NCBI RefSeq assembly: GCF_964355755.1
Contig: NC_092678.1
Span: 5,348,422 to 5,412,421, forward strand
Source: Antedon mediterranea
Taxonomy: Eukaryota; Animalia; Echinodermata
DNA: 64,000 nt
Direction of reading: 5' to 3'
Shown: positions 26,301 through 40,620 of the stretch, one piece after another
How positions within the stretch are numbered: position 1 is the first letter of the stretch
Layout of the letters: each line of letters begins with the position of its first letter
Notes under the pieces: generated by a model
The model's database searches: none
Told to the model about the DNA's origin: nothing
Seen by the model: the letters and a program-made list of their open reading frames with translations, nothing else
Made by a program: the position numbers and the translations under genes

Positions 26301-28399
26301 ATTGTTTGTTTTATCTGGAGATTCAGACATAAAGCCATTATGACTTTTTTAAATCTCCACACACAACCAAATGTAGAATTTTTCAATATTTATCAGTAAA
26401 AATGTACTTATACTATGTTGTGTGAAATAAAACTGAAAACTGAAGTCTAAACAACTCCAAATAAAGTGTAGCTAATTCCGGTTCTCGTGTGCCATGTTTG
26501 CAAGAAAGAATGTACAGAATAAAGATAACTTTTTATGTGAATATTTTGACACAGAAGACGAAGAAAAAGAAGAAGAAGAAGAAGAAGAAGAAGAAGAAGA
26601 AGAAGAAATTGTACAGATGATTGAAGAACCTTCCACATCCGAGACTGATTCCACGGAAGAAGGTACATATCAGTCCTGCTACTAAAATTAACATGTACAG
26701 TGAAATGAGAAAAAAATTGTTACATATTACAGTTGATGGAAAATACCAATATTGCATTCACTAGCCAAAAGTAACAAAATGAGATAGTGTGATGATAATA
26801 CAACTGACAAAATGGACTTCTGTAATGTTCAATTTTTTATTAACTAAAATGAAATAACAATTGTTATTCATTAAATCAATTTAGGTTAATATTCAAATCT
26901 ACAAAATATAAAAACAGTAATTCGAAATGATAAATTGAGCAGGACAGGCAGCAACTATACCATGCATACCGTATGGCCTACTGGCACAATAGTAAAATTT
27001 ATAAATAATAGAAAATTAAAACAAAATTGTCTTTGTTACCGTAATACAAAATTGACAGTATTGTTTTTAAAATAAAATATGATAATTGCCCTACTGAATG
27101 TAATACCTTGAAAAATAGTAGGCATATGTTTTTGAAAATATGAGTTTCAAAAACCAATAACAATTGTTTGATCTCGGAAAACAAACACCGTAGTGAAAAT
27201 GAAAACATTTCTTTTTTCTTTTCAGTTGTGCATGATGGAGACACATGGTAAATGACCTCTAGGTATAATAACATAATATTAGCTAATTATTCCGGTAAAC
27301 AATTATTGTATCACACGAATAGTAAACATTTAACTGTTTAACTATTACGTAAGATCTCCCTTCACAAAGCGAAACCCAACGAGGTTGCCTGAAATTTATG
27401 GAACAAAATAATCCAAAACAATGGCGAAGTTTACAGAACAACTATCCAGAGGTATCACCACTCACTAACTCCTTAAAAACGGATCTGCGTTCTTAAAACT
27501 GGATCTGCGTTCCCTTTTTAAGTTTGACCAAAAAGAGTGACTTCACATTTGCGGAATTCAATAGTTTTTTGAAAATATACTAAGAGGATTTGAAAATAGA
27601 ATACTGAAGGTTTAGAATAGTCCAACATAATTATTATTTGGCTATTATGGTTATGTGTTTTATTATATTGTTTTAATTAGCTTAATACTGAAGAGGATTC
27701 AGAATTTTATCGAAGGTAATTATTAATTTAAGACAAAATCTTAACGTAAATATAATGTAAATTGATATATACACCTACATAACAATGTAGATAAAAATGA
27801 CCGAAGTTAAACGTTGAATTACACACAACAGACTGTTTCATGAAGGAGATAAAAATATATTTTCAATCATCAGGTTTTATGCTCCGAGTCTAAAATTGTT
27901 GGTAAGAACTATTAGGCCTATAATCATTTACATAAAATAAATTAGCAGCTCCATCACTCCGTAATTATACTCCACACAATCATGAATGGCAGTTGTAAAC
28001 TATAAATATTTACATAAGCCTCTTCCTACTGAATCTTTTTCCAGTAAGACTTAATTTATTAATAATAATTAACTAAAGCTAGCATTTTTTATTCCCAATA
28101 CTTTGAAAGTGTTTTCTATTTATTTATTTATTTCAGAAAGAGAAAATCGATTTCAACAATGTTGGTGCGTTTGTGGGATTCTATTGATACCGTGTTTTAT
28201 ATTGGAAATAATATTTTATGTTACTTCAATTAAAGCGGGATATATAACTTTTCTTATAATTTTCATATTACTAGTTGTCATTTTTGCTGTATTGTCATAC
28301 AAATTTGGTAAAAAATATAAAGTATTTATCGAATGCATTGCTGCAATCGTTACTATAATTTCAGTGCTTGGCGTTATTGACCTAGTTCTTAGTAAATAA
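23376..28399 (+). CDS. Gene C: tandem-DED-like / acidic linker / 3-TM protein, ~407 aa
   Basis: Exons 23376-23408 (MSAKQGSKLST), 23759-24326, 24676-24735, 25737-25820, 26032-26082, 26555-26662, 27226-27247, 27681-27715 and 28137-28399 give 1224 nt open. Which linker exons are included is less certain. Confidence 0.72.
25079..25636. mobile_element. Probable non-autonomous DNA transposon with TTAA target duplication (Kolobok-like)
   Basis: TTAA flanks at 25075-25078 and 25637-25640. Imperfect TIRs AGCTCAGGTACAGGCA / TGCCCGCACCTGGCCT (12/16 match). Confidence 0.5.
26561..26607 (+). repeat. (GAA)n coding microsatellite, poly-Glu
   Basis: GAA run within the gene C linker exon 26555-26662. Confidence 0.85.
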
Positions 28400-29759
28400 C
28401 ATTTGCTTAACATTTCTCGTAACTAAAAACTAAAAAGTTAACTAGGCCTTATAATAGTAAATTATACCTAGTAAATTAGTAAATAACAGGCCTACATGTA
28501 CCATCATAATTTTGCGGATAGTAGGCCTACATTAAATTACCGTACGATGTCTTGGTATGATTATTGCTGTTTTTGTCCATTTTCAAAAGATGAAGGGATA
28601 CCAGGATAATCGCGCAAGCCAAGAAATAGAATACAACATTTGTTTCCGAAATTACGTGTAAAAGGTGCAAGTGATTATTTTTCTAAACTTTCTAATGCCT
28701 ACAAATGTCTATATATAAAATGCTTATATATAGACTATGTGGATGCAAAATGTAGTGTAGTATATTTTAATTAATTTATATTCACAATTTACACAGTAAC
28801 CACAATAGTTTATTTATAGTTCAAGCTTTTATGTCGTATACGGTAGTCTTTTGTGTAATAAATCATAGAATAAAATAGTTGTTGAGTTGTTGTACTGTAG
28901 TTGCAAATCTTTTCTTGGATCGAAATAGCCATGGCCTTACACCACATTGGTTGCTAAAATCACATAAATCTGTCTGGCTAAGTGATATAGAACAATCAAT
29001 ATCTTAATGATTACAAATTTAAAATAAAAATTAAGATATTATAAAACCACCATCCACGTTTGGATTAGATGAACATCTACTACAGATTCTTGATGTTAAA
29101 TATAACTGAGGCAGTTAGAGGTAGAAAAGGGGCAGATGGAAATATAGAACGCAGATTATGTAAAATAGTAATTTAAATTAAGAAAAGATGAATATCATTT
29201 TCTTATTTGTTGACGTTATCGAGAGTAACTGTAAAAGTAAATTATGCCAATGTCATTTATAGTAAAACCTAGCAGACAAAATGATTATGATGGAATACAC
29301 TGCATGTATAATGAAAGTAGTAAAAAGTAATAAACACAATGAACCTAATACATATCAAAGATGGACGCTAGCAACACACGCCAGCAACAAAACCTATTAT
29401 AATATCAATAACCTTATGGTTCAGTGCAACAGTAATCGACGACGCCAACCACTCAAAATAGACAAATAGTATCTTCATTTTAATCATTCAAGAACTTATT
29501 TCTGAAATATAACTAATAATAACTAACTAATTAATAGAGGAGATGAGACTAAATTACAAATGTTGCAATTAATTTGATATAGGCTTCTAATTCCAATGTT
29601 TCCACCATTGGATTACTCAATGTCGTAATACAAACATTTGCTCATTCATCCATACAATCGTTTTGGTATCGAATACATTAGGCTATGGAGGATAGGCCTT
29701 ATGCATATCATTATCCGATCGACATAAATTGTAAATAAGGCTGCGCCTTGACCTTCAAA

Positions 29760-32700
29760 ATGTCGGCAAAACAGGGGAGTAAATTATCTACCGTAAGTAT
29801 ACGATTTCGAAAGTTTTTACTTCGTAGTATCTGGTACTAATAACTATGGTGTACAGTCTATAAACTATCCATTGTAATCTGTTTGAAGAGATAATTTCTT
29901 TGACGGCGGTGAAGCCATGGAAATGCAAATGAATTTGTTGCATCTAGTGTGGGGGGGGGGGGCAATTATAAAACAAAGATGTGCCATTTGATGTCGTAGG
30001 ACTACCGTGACTCTTGGCGACAGTCCTATCCGACAGTATTATTAATTATCATTATTATTAATGCAAGTACAGGCCTACTGCATATTTACATGGCAGATAA
30101 TTGCACGCTGATTATTCATTCATTACTGATACATCAGGATATCTGTTCAATTGACATATTTTGTTTACCGTTACAGAAAACAGCAAGTCACGAAGAATTC
30201 AGAAAATTACTTGAAGACATAAGTAATGCATATAGTGGTAAACAAAAATTTTTAAGACTTCTATTAAATGACCACTGTTCAGGATATCTGTTAAGTAAGC
30301 CTGTAAATGAAATGACAGGTCTCGATCTCTTTAATGACCTCAAAGATCAGCATTACATTTTTCGTGATCATACAGATGTCGAGATTCTGTTAGATATTGG
30401 TACGGTAACAGATCAGGCTTCGGTTGTACAATTAGTAAAAAATTTCAAAGAGAAGTATCCAAACACCGATGCCAACTACAAGTCCAAATACAAGGACAAA
30501 CAAATATCAACATTTCGCAAAAACCTTTTTGAGGCTGTAAAGACAAATAGTAAGCCCGTAAAACAAATGCATGCAAGCTACGACGATGAACTAAAAGGCG
30601 AAATATTTGATGATATTTGGGATTTTGTGTTCAAGCTGGAAAGGGAAGATTGCTTGACCGAGGCTTCTAAGCAAAGATTTGCAAACCTCCTCGACGGGAA
30701 GGCAAAGAAGATACTTCTAGGTATGTACTGCATGTTTTTTAATCATACTAGGCCTACACTGCATTTATTAGTAAAAAAAGTAACAGAGTTATACATACGC
30801 CAGCAATAATTTTACAAATGCAACAAGCCTACTCGCCTAACAAACAAAACGAGTAAACAATGATAATTTAGTAATAATAAGAGTAATATTATGTATTCTA
30901 ATTAATGTGACCACTGTATGTGGGCGTTATAATAACGATATGCGCTATATAAGAACAGACTATTATTATTATTATTATTTCGATCTCTTAATCACACCGT
31001 ATACAACATGTTCAATCCATATTTATTTATTTGATTAACCACAAAAATTCAGGTCTTCTTATCAATCTTCCTCCGCTTTATAATCGGATTTTTTTTCAAA
31101 ATGGTTTTTTCTCTTAAAGCATAGTTAACTCTCTTTGTAATTGTAATTTGTTGTGATTTTTCTCTCTTAAAATGAATCGTCCTAACACTTGCAACACTGA
31201 TATTTTTTCTCTTGCCCGTTGTCGAATTAGCGTAACTAACAATGGTTTTATTCAAAGATTATCCAAGCTTTACAACTCAATTTATTTATTTATATATTTA
31301 TTTATATAAGCAGGGAAGAGTTTAACTCTTCCCTGATATAAGACTATCTATATTTTGTTAAAAGTTTGTCAATTTTTAGATATAAAGTTTTTAAAGCTTT
31401 TTAATTTTGCCAAGTTTTGTATAATGTTTCATATTGTATTTTCTGTGTTTTTAGGTATATATTTATATCCAAATATTTTAAGTCTTCCTATAATTTGCGA
31501 TTTTTCGCTGTTAGATGTAGTTGAAATAAAATAAAATAGATAAAACTAAAATAATATCATTATCATTATAATTAAATGTTAACAGGTGAGTCGTCGCTAC
31601 CAATTACATCTACAGAACCTGTATCCATGCCTGAAAACGAACGCAGTGGACAAGAAGGTAATACTTTTTGTAAAACAAATCCAACATCAAAATATACAGG
31701 CCTATTTCTTATTAGTCTGCATAACGCTATCATGTAAATTTTCATTTTGAGCCTCGAATATGGAATAAATCTTATTATTATTATTATCTATTATAGGCTT
31801 CAGTGTTGTTGATAATGGGGAACCGTCAACATTAAATGGAAAGGTAAAAACAAACCAAAGACTAACTGATAAGGCATTACACACAATAGCACATAGTTTT
31901 AATAAGGTACTATACTACGGAAAGAATATTATATAGCTATTAAGACATCATAGTAGAGACGATTAAACACACTTTTTATTTTGTAATTTAGCTTTCTGCT
32001 TTTCATCATCCTCACGATCTTGAAAATTAATAACCCAATATTTCTTCTTACCAAAAAAAGATTTCGTTATTTAATAAATTGTTTTTTCCTCAAGCAATAT
32101 TTCGAAACATAATATAATTGATTAATTATTTTTAAGGAAAGAAAAGAAAAAACACTAGATACACAAAGCATGGAAGGAAACGATGAAGTTATCAATAAAG
32201 CGGAGATCATCAAAAAACAAATAGAAGAGAACATTGATTGTGTTAATATAGGTAAACAGAAATTTCAAAACCGTGTAACAACATGTGAAACAGAAATAGA
32301 GAAACACAAGCAATCTCAAATTGACAGCATTAGTAAAATTCTTTCTGAAGATATACATGTCCTTGACAAAATACGCAAAGAAAAAAATGCAACATTTGCG
32401 AAGCAAGAAAGACATCTTCAATCACAGCAGACTGCTTTGAAGGATGTGATCAGTGACAGTATCAAAAACCCAAAGAAGACGGGGAATATTAAGTTGCAAA
32501 AAGTGGAGGAAGAAATCAAACGATATTCAGCAGAGACCTTTTTATTTGATAAAGAACACCATAAGCCAACAATCATCGAAGTTGTAATACCATATCCAAT
32601 TTTAAGATTAAAAATTGTTGACTGGGACTTTATTATTGATAATAAGGATAGTTCATTTTCAGTAACAAAGGGACAACCATTTACAGTGAATGTAGCAAGA

Positions 32701-33732
32701 CAGAAGAGCGATACATTTTTATCACCGATGTCTTTAGATGCTAGACTGATATGTCAATCATCAGGGGAAGAAAAACCTCTTGCTGTGGTGGAAGACAAGA
32801 AACATGGGAAATTTAGAATAACAGACAAATGTAATGAGGAAGGCAAGTGGAGGATGGAGGTTATGACTCCTGACAAATACTACATCAAAGGATCTCCAGT
32901 AAATATCACAGCAGTACCAATGGGAATTGTGAATGACACGACTATTACTGTATTCAACAAAATACCAAGAGGCCAGCGTGTCACAGACGTCGTATTGTTA
33001 GATACGGAAGGTAGCATGTTAGTATCAACCAACTGTGCATTTTTCAAATTCGATAACTCAGGAGAGTGTGTTATCAATACAAAATGTAAGAAAATAGTAA
33101 AAAGGTTGCATCAAAGTAATGGTTACATTATTTACATTGAAAAAAACAGTATTGTAAAGTGTGATGATACATTGAACAAAATAACTACATTTAAATTTGA
33201 TGATAACGAATTGGACTCGCCATCTGGCTTGATAGTAAGTAATGACACACGATTCATGTATGTTGTAGATCAATCAGCTCACTGTGTCTTCAAATTCAAT
33301 ATCGATGACGGGAGCCTGATTGGTACGATAGGTGAACATGGTAGCAAAGAAGGTCAAATGTACAATCCAAAGGATGTTGCTTTATTAGGGAGAGATCGTA
33401 TCGTGGTTACCGACTTCGGTAATCATAGAGTTCAAATGTTTGATGTAGTAGGCCTACACGGGAAGTACCTGAAAACAATTGCTGATAAAGGCGAGGGCGA
33501 TGGACAAGTTGAAGATCCCTGTGGAATTGTAATAGACGACGATGACAATATAATAGTATCCAGTAGAAATAAACTACAACTATTTGACAAAGATGGTGGT
33601 TTCTTAAGACGAATTGATGAAACTAAGGATGCTATTGATCTTCCAAGTTCAATCACTGTAATCTCAAAAAGACCAAGAAGATTAGCAGTTGTAAATTCAG
33701 GAGGGAAAAATGTGAAAGTATACAATTACTAA
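29760..33732 (+). CDS. Gene D: tandem-DED-like / coiled-coil / filamin-type Ig / NHL-repeat protein, ~763 aa
   Basis: Exons 29760-29792, 30177-30720, 31586-31657, 31797-31843 and 32137-33732 give 2292 nt open. Filamin-like signature YIKGSPVNIT; NHL repeats PSGLIVSND..YVVD..HCVFKF, GSKEGQMYNPKDVA..IVVTDFGNHRVQMFD and GEGDGQVEDPCGIVID. Confidence 0.82.
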
Positions 33733-33748
33733 ATGTTGAAACATCAAA

Positions 33749-33830
33749 TAAACAAGGCCATATACATGGCTGCAGTCACGTGCTCAAATTTGAGTTAGTG
33801 TTTACCAACCGACCGACCAGCATAGTGAGC
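33749..33830 (+). mobile_element. Truncated short Helentron-like element
   Basis: AAACAAGGCCATATACATGGCTGCAGTCACGTGCTC...CCGACCGACC matches 12652. Confidence 0.6.
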
Positions 33831-34200
33831 ATCACAACCGATGTGTTAATAATACAAACGATAGTAATCTAATCAATAGTAATTGTTAAACGATTTCCTA
33901 TAAAACAAAACGTTTCTTATATAGCCTACCGCTTACTAACGTCAAGATAATACACTTTCATTTCATTTCATTTATTTTGTCTCCATAAAAATACAATTTA
34001 CAAAACAAGGACAAAAAAAAACAACACACAAAACCAGGCAAAGACAGGATTGCTAAACACTATCTGGTAGGTCTCCTATTACAGTAGATGACCTTGTACA
34101 TTTAAATTTTGTTGACATTCAGAAGCATTTAATTGGTTATGCTCCTTATAAATAAGAATAAAACAATACACGCATGTAGAATAATTTTAGGTGTTGTTAA

Positions 34201-34542
34201 AGGCCCATTTACACTAGGGCGATAACGATCGGCGATAAAAAGACCTAAAACAAAAGAATTTAAAGTTTTAATCCTAGAACTATAGGATTATCATCTATGC
34301 TGCCTTTGATGAAAATAATATTTCCACACGTCCAATTAAATGACGTCATGATTAGTAAGAGCAATTATATCGTGATAATACGATTTTATTGTTTTTATTG
34401 ATCATGACGTCATTTGATTAGATTTTTTTTAAATATTTTTTTTATCAAATACAGCATAAATGATTATCCTATAGTTCTAGAACGAAAACTGTGTGTTTAT
34501 CTATTTATCGTCGATCGTTATCGCCCTAGTGTAAATGGGCCT
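34201..34542. mobile_element. Palindromic MITE (Tourist/PIF-Harbinger-like)
   Basis: TIRs AGGCCCATTTACACTAGGGCGATAACGATCG / CGATCGTTATCGCCCTAGTGTAAATGGGCCT, TAA on both flanks and internal symmetry. Confidence 0.88.
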
Positions 34543-34833
34543 TAAGGGGGTTTTTTTTGCGGTCTTCCGGAATTGGTACCTAAATTTATAGAAAACTGCG
34601 CAATGCTAAATAACTTTTCACGAACCAAAATGTTATGGTTAACTTGTTGATTCTAAATGATACTTTTTTTAGCTAAACCATTTTATATTTATATTATATT
34701 TTACTAATGTTTAATTGTACATAATTGTTTGGGTTTGTTCTGTAAGAAGTCTTACGTATTTCAGCCTCTGGTTATATTATTAATATTATTTTACAAAAAC
34801 AAAATTAAAGTTAAAACTAAGAAATTAAACGTA

Positions 34834-36382
34834 TCTATATATAAATTTACGTAAGGGCAAAATTCGGTAAATCGCGCCTTACTTTTAGAATTTTTACTCG
34901 ATGGTATGTAAAGTTGGTTCGTACTTTCGGTACTGATTTTAACCACCTGATGTAACCCTGTTTACTAATTAAATTAAGTTAGATAATTAGTTATTGACGA
35001 TTAAAACGAATTTAGGTTCAAAGATTTGCCCCCAAATAGGGGTGTTTTCCGATCGTGGTATACACTGTCTAATGGATGTCCATCTTGAAAAATACCCGCC
35101 ACAAAAATGCGAGGAGGCTTCGCATTTTTCTATCTCCTCCTACGATAATTGTTTTTAATAGCTGAAAACCGGTTGAACAGTTTGAGTACAGCATCATAAT
35201 GTTGAAGACAGGCCGATTTTCTTTAAAAAATACTATTTTGATACATTTAATATACGTTTTTACAAATGTATTGATTTGTGATGAATGGAACATTCCAAAT
35301 TATTTGGTTTAACCATACAGGTATAGATTTAGATTTATGGGCCTCCTTGGAGAATAAACATAAATAGTATTGCAATGCTGTACAATACTGTTAAGGTATT
35401 AACCACTTTTGATCGCAATTTGAATCGCAAATGTCTTACTGTGAGTGTTGGTACTGTTAGATGTAATATAAAAATATATACAAATAAACTTTATTACTGT
35501 GAGTGTGGGTAGGCCCTACTGTTAGATTATAAACATATAATATACAAATAAACATTCCAAATTATTTGGTTTAACCATAGAGGTATAGATTTAGATTTAT
35601 GGGCCCCCTTGGAGAATAAACATAAATAGTATTGCAATGCTGTACAATACTGTTAAGGTATTAACCACTTTTGATCGCAATTTGAATCGCAAATTTCTTA
35701 CTGTGAGTGTTGGTACTGTTAGATGTAATATAAAAATATATACAAATAAACTTTATTACTGTGAGTGTGGGTAGGCCCTACTGTTAGATTATAAACATAT
35801 AATATACAAATAAATAAACGTTATTACTGACAGTTGCTTCTCAACGTTTGTATTAATTAATAATTTAAAAATATATAAACGTCGTAGTGGTGTATCGTTA
35901 CATGTACTTTACTATTTCAATCGACTATGACAGTGAGAGTTTTAACAAAGTACCGTATTAAATCGTAAATGTTTTACTGTATTTAGTGGTATATTATTTA
36001 TAGGCCTATAAAACATTAAAAACAATATTTCGTTACTGAGTGGATAAGAATATATTTTAAAATGTTTCCTCTTTGTACCTATCTTCTTCCCCATCCCTCA
36101 ACCCTTAATGTTACATACAAAACACAAATTGGGTTTGTTTAAATGAGTCCAAATAAAAAAAATTTGTTTCTCTCTCGGAAGTAATTCCCAGGGTGCTAAT
36201 TTTGGTTGACTACATAAATCATTGTGTATATTTATTCGTTTCTGTAAACGACAATGTATTATAGTCCTGCGGTACGTACATTTGAAATCTCCATTTTTTT
36301 CTCGCTGGAAATACCGTGTATTCGAGAACCATCTGTGGGCACGACCTAGATGGTACGCGAGCGAAGCGAGCGTGCCATCTAG
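34834..36382 (+). mobile_element. Non-autonomous Helitron
   Basis: A|TCTATATA start; 3' hairpin CTAGATGGTACGC..GCGTGCCATCTAG|T. Same family as 12827-15383. Internal ~260-bp tandem duplication (35290-35550 / 35551-35815). Confidence 0.8.
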
Positions 36383-37499
36383 TCTATTTAAATTTATCTT
36401 ATCTCAACATTTATTACCCATTAATAAGAGGATCACCCACTATCAGGCACGATATGCATCTCGTGTTATGCCCTTTCCCACATTCACGAATTTGAAAACT
36501 ACATTGTCACTTTCCTGTTACTACGATCGCACGATGGGGATACGATATTGTTACGATAAATCTCCTCTTTTAGGGCCTTCATCCTATAATACCCAGTGGG
36601 TCTTTTTCTGTGTAAAGTTGGGGGCCGATAATTGTCGTGCTCTGTAACTCTCTTGGTCTTGGAGTCACCCAAATTTATAACAGAGAACCGGTAGGGATAT
36701 CAGCTACAGGGTCTGCTATTTCGATAGAATGGAGTGATGTTCTAAATTGTTTCTTTTTTAAACTTTTATCGAAAACAGTGGCCTCTTAATTACTTTGTAC
36801 TTAAATATTAACGGCATCATATCAGCACCGTAGCTCTTTCGTGTTATGAGCACCACGAATATTTTGTTCTGTCTTGTGTGAGTTCGTCCCACTTTTATTA
36901 CAATTCTCTGTTATAAATATATCTACATGTGACAATTAATAATAGTTACGGATGAGTACGAATGAACTAGAAGACGTCACGAAAACACTGAGACTGATGC
37001 CGCTGCGACTTGATTGATTTGATTTGATTTGATTTGATTTGACTACAAATGAGTTCACAGATACAAATTCAGATAAACTTTATTTCATCCTTCGCAAGAA
37101 AATTACACGGTCGCAGTTCAAGTAAAGTATCAAACAGATTATCTCTGAAAAATGTCGTTTATAACATCGTATCTTAGGGTAAACAAATGTCTATAGCAAT
37201 TCGTACTTGGCGACAATAATTTCTCTATCTCTCATTCTTCTTTATAGGTTGAATAGTACTGATGAGAATCATAATACATAATTCTAGCACACTGACCATG
37301 TCTAGCGCGAATTTAAACTATGTAAATATAGCGTCCGTGGTAATTTTTGGATCGACAAAGGGAACAAATGTTCCTTAACAATTTGGCAAAGAAAGCTATT
37401 TGTAAGGTTTTTCCCAACAGATTTCTGAAATATTTTCTACCAAGCTCTAACTATGACGACTGCCTTTAGGGCCTAAGTTTGAGTTTCGGTAATAAATAA

Positions 37500-38019
<520 letters not shown>

Positions 38020-39548
38020 AAATACAATATCGATTCAAAACTGTAACTATAAAAGCACAAATGTTAGTAACTAAGGTTAGGTGCGTAAATAAACTGTAAT
38101 TATTCCGGTGGGAGAGCACATTGTTATTATACTGACGTGGCATTACAACAATACTTGTACTGAGTATTATTATCAGAATGCTTTTGTTATGCGACTTTAT
38201 TATCGATTACTATTTTATGAAAGGTACTGTAGAGTGACATAAACGTACATAATAATATGCATACCCATAAACTACTGGCTAAACAAACACATTTTTACGA
38301 TTTCATCAGCATTGAACTGAAATCAACCGTAAGAACTATTTCTATAACATTCACTACGAATAATATTGTAGATAAAAAGTTCGACGATCCATATTAAATA
38401 CAAGAAGAAAGAATCAATCAAACCATGGAGTAATACACATTTTCTGGTTATGAAATCCAGTCACACAAATCAACAATTATAATTTTACTTTGACAATACC
38501 TGTAGCATCAATCATCAAAATGGCTGCGATGAGGGTGAAAGATAGGTAAGAATTAATAATTTTTTAGTTTTTCCATTTTTGTATTAATTATTTAAATATT
38601 TAGGTTACTTAATTTTTAGACAGTAAACACCCCTATTAAGGGTAAACTATCTTGTGAAACAAACGATAAGCAATATTATATAAAACTACAGCCAACCCTC
38701 TTTTCAATGACACTCCTTATTTATAATAATGTTGACACTAATTTGTTCGTGAGCTATGAAAAATGTTGTACTCTGTATTATTTTTTCCGAAATGAAAGAT
38801 TAAATAAAATGAATTGTATACAATTCTAGTTCTACTTACAGTACCATTTACAGTAGAGCCCATATTAAGTGGACATCCCTTTTTTCACTTATTCTTCTTA
38901 TTCATTCGTCATATATATAAAATAGCCTAAATACTAATAAATGTTCGTTAATGCTCCTCTTTTGTTCATTGTTTTCTACAATTTGATTCATAAATAAATT
39001 AATCAATATTGCCACAAGACCTATATTTATAGTCACTCTAATGGAAAAGTTAAGCAGAAACGTCAAATCATTAAGCCTAACTTTTTATTCCTTGTAATAA
39101 TTAAAGAAAATCACCAAAAGTCTTTATCAACCACCCTTTTTGACCTCCTGATCTGGTCACAGTTGCATATAATTACATACAAATCGAAGAAGAAGAATTG
39201 GTGTAAATATACTCCAAAACACCTATGTTTGTATTTACTCTTATAGAAATAAAGAAATGTACTAGTTTCACATTTTTTTTAAAATTCCCTACATAGAGGA
39301 TGCATATTTTAAGATCTGTGCACCATCAGAGACAGTTTAAACGCAAGCTTAAAACTATTCAGTGATGTTTTATCTAAATTTAAATTGGAAATAATTTGGG
39401 GCCAGCATAAAAAATCTATCTAGCCTAGTCTAAACTGGGAATTGCAGGGTGATATTATTGAATATAAGTTGTTAGTAATTGTGAACAGAAGAAGTAGAAA
39501 TGCATACATTATTTAAATGAGAAGGCAGTGTATGCTTGTGTAATCTGT

Positions 39549-40038
39549 TGTCACAAACTCCCTTTACGTATGTTTCCGAGCGGTTGAAAATACTTTAGGA
39601 ACTCCCTTGTGACATAAAAGTATACACACAAAATCCACAAAGTTGTAAAATAACCCAAAAACAAAGCTTTAATTTCAATCAACTTCAACTTTTAACAATC
39701 CAGTAAGCACTTTAAACAACAGCTTCACAATAACTTTACAATCGAATATCCAACCTCTAATATCAAACCTTCTTAAAAAATAAATGCGTCAATCAAAAAG
39801 CCTTCTCCCTTCTTACGATTGTCATACTTCCCCTTATATACAATATGTTCATAACCTTCTAGATCATTCCTTATACTTCTTATTCTATTTGATTACAGTT
39901 TCTATTAATAGCATACTGGAATGTTCCTGATTGTTCTTATAATAATTATACATGGTTTCTTAAATCAAAACATCTTATTTTAGAATGTTCATGTAGATAC
40001 TAAGTTACTGTATCTGTTAGGAATAGTAATTTATTACA
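39549..40038 (-). mobile_element. Solo LTR
   Basis: TG...CA termini, 5-bp target duplication TCTGT (39544-39548, 40039-40043) and high similarity to the LTR at 62709-63168. Confidence 0.92.
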
Positions 40039-40369
40039 TCTGTACATACAGGAGGCTATTTCGAGTTTATTCAAACAATAAATATTAAGAATACGAAAAT
40101 TATGAAATATACTTGTGGTATGGGATTGAAAAGGAACGCCTACGCAGATACGCAATGCGCGTTTCTGGAGTCTTAGGTGGACGTATTTTGGCGTTCAGTG
40201 CTTAGCCAAGGACATAATGTTTCGAATGTATTGATGCAGACAGCCCATGCGATATTACCATAAGAAAGATATGGTAAAATTGTTATTATTGTAAAAGTAC
40301 TATTAAAGGATTAAAATTATTATAATAATATACCCTGTTATTAGGAAATATAATCTTAGCTATCATGTT

Positions 40370-40620
40370 TATACTCAGATTTATCTATCATTTAAACCCA
40401 CATTGACACAGAGTGAATTAGCAATTGAATTGCTTGAAAACATGTATCTCTGAGCTTCATGTCTGGATGGCAAAAACTTTCTTAAACTTAATGATAATAA
40501 GACTGAGTAGTTTCTATTCGGATCTCAGCAACTAGATAAAATTCCATCTAGAGTGTTTCCATTGGTAATTCTCCATTAATGGTAGACATATCGGTGTAAT
40601 TGTTTATGCTAATTCTACAA
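40370..40620 (+). mobile_element. Degraded LINE reverse-transcriptase remnant
   Basis: Reads ..WMAKNFLKLNDNKTE*FLFGS, a typical L2/CR1-group motif, here containing a stop. Confidence 0.5.

Noticed and set aside
26447-26757. Poly-Leu, poly-Ser and poly-Phe ORFs on the minus strand
   Set aside because: Reverse frames of the (GAA)n poly-Glu exon.
32170-33732. Calling the NHL ORFs TRIM2/TRIM3 orthologs
   Set aside because: No RING or clear B-box is found upstream; the spliced N-terminus is the DED cassette, so no gene symbol was assigned.
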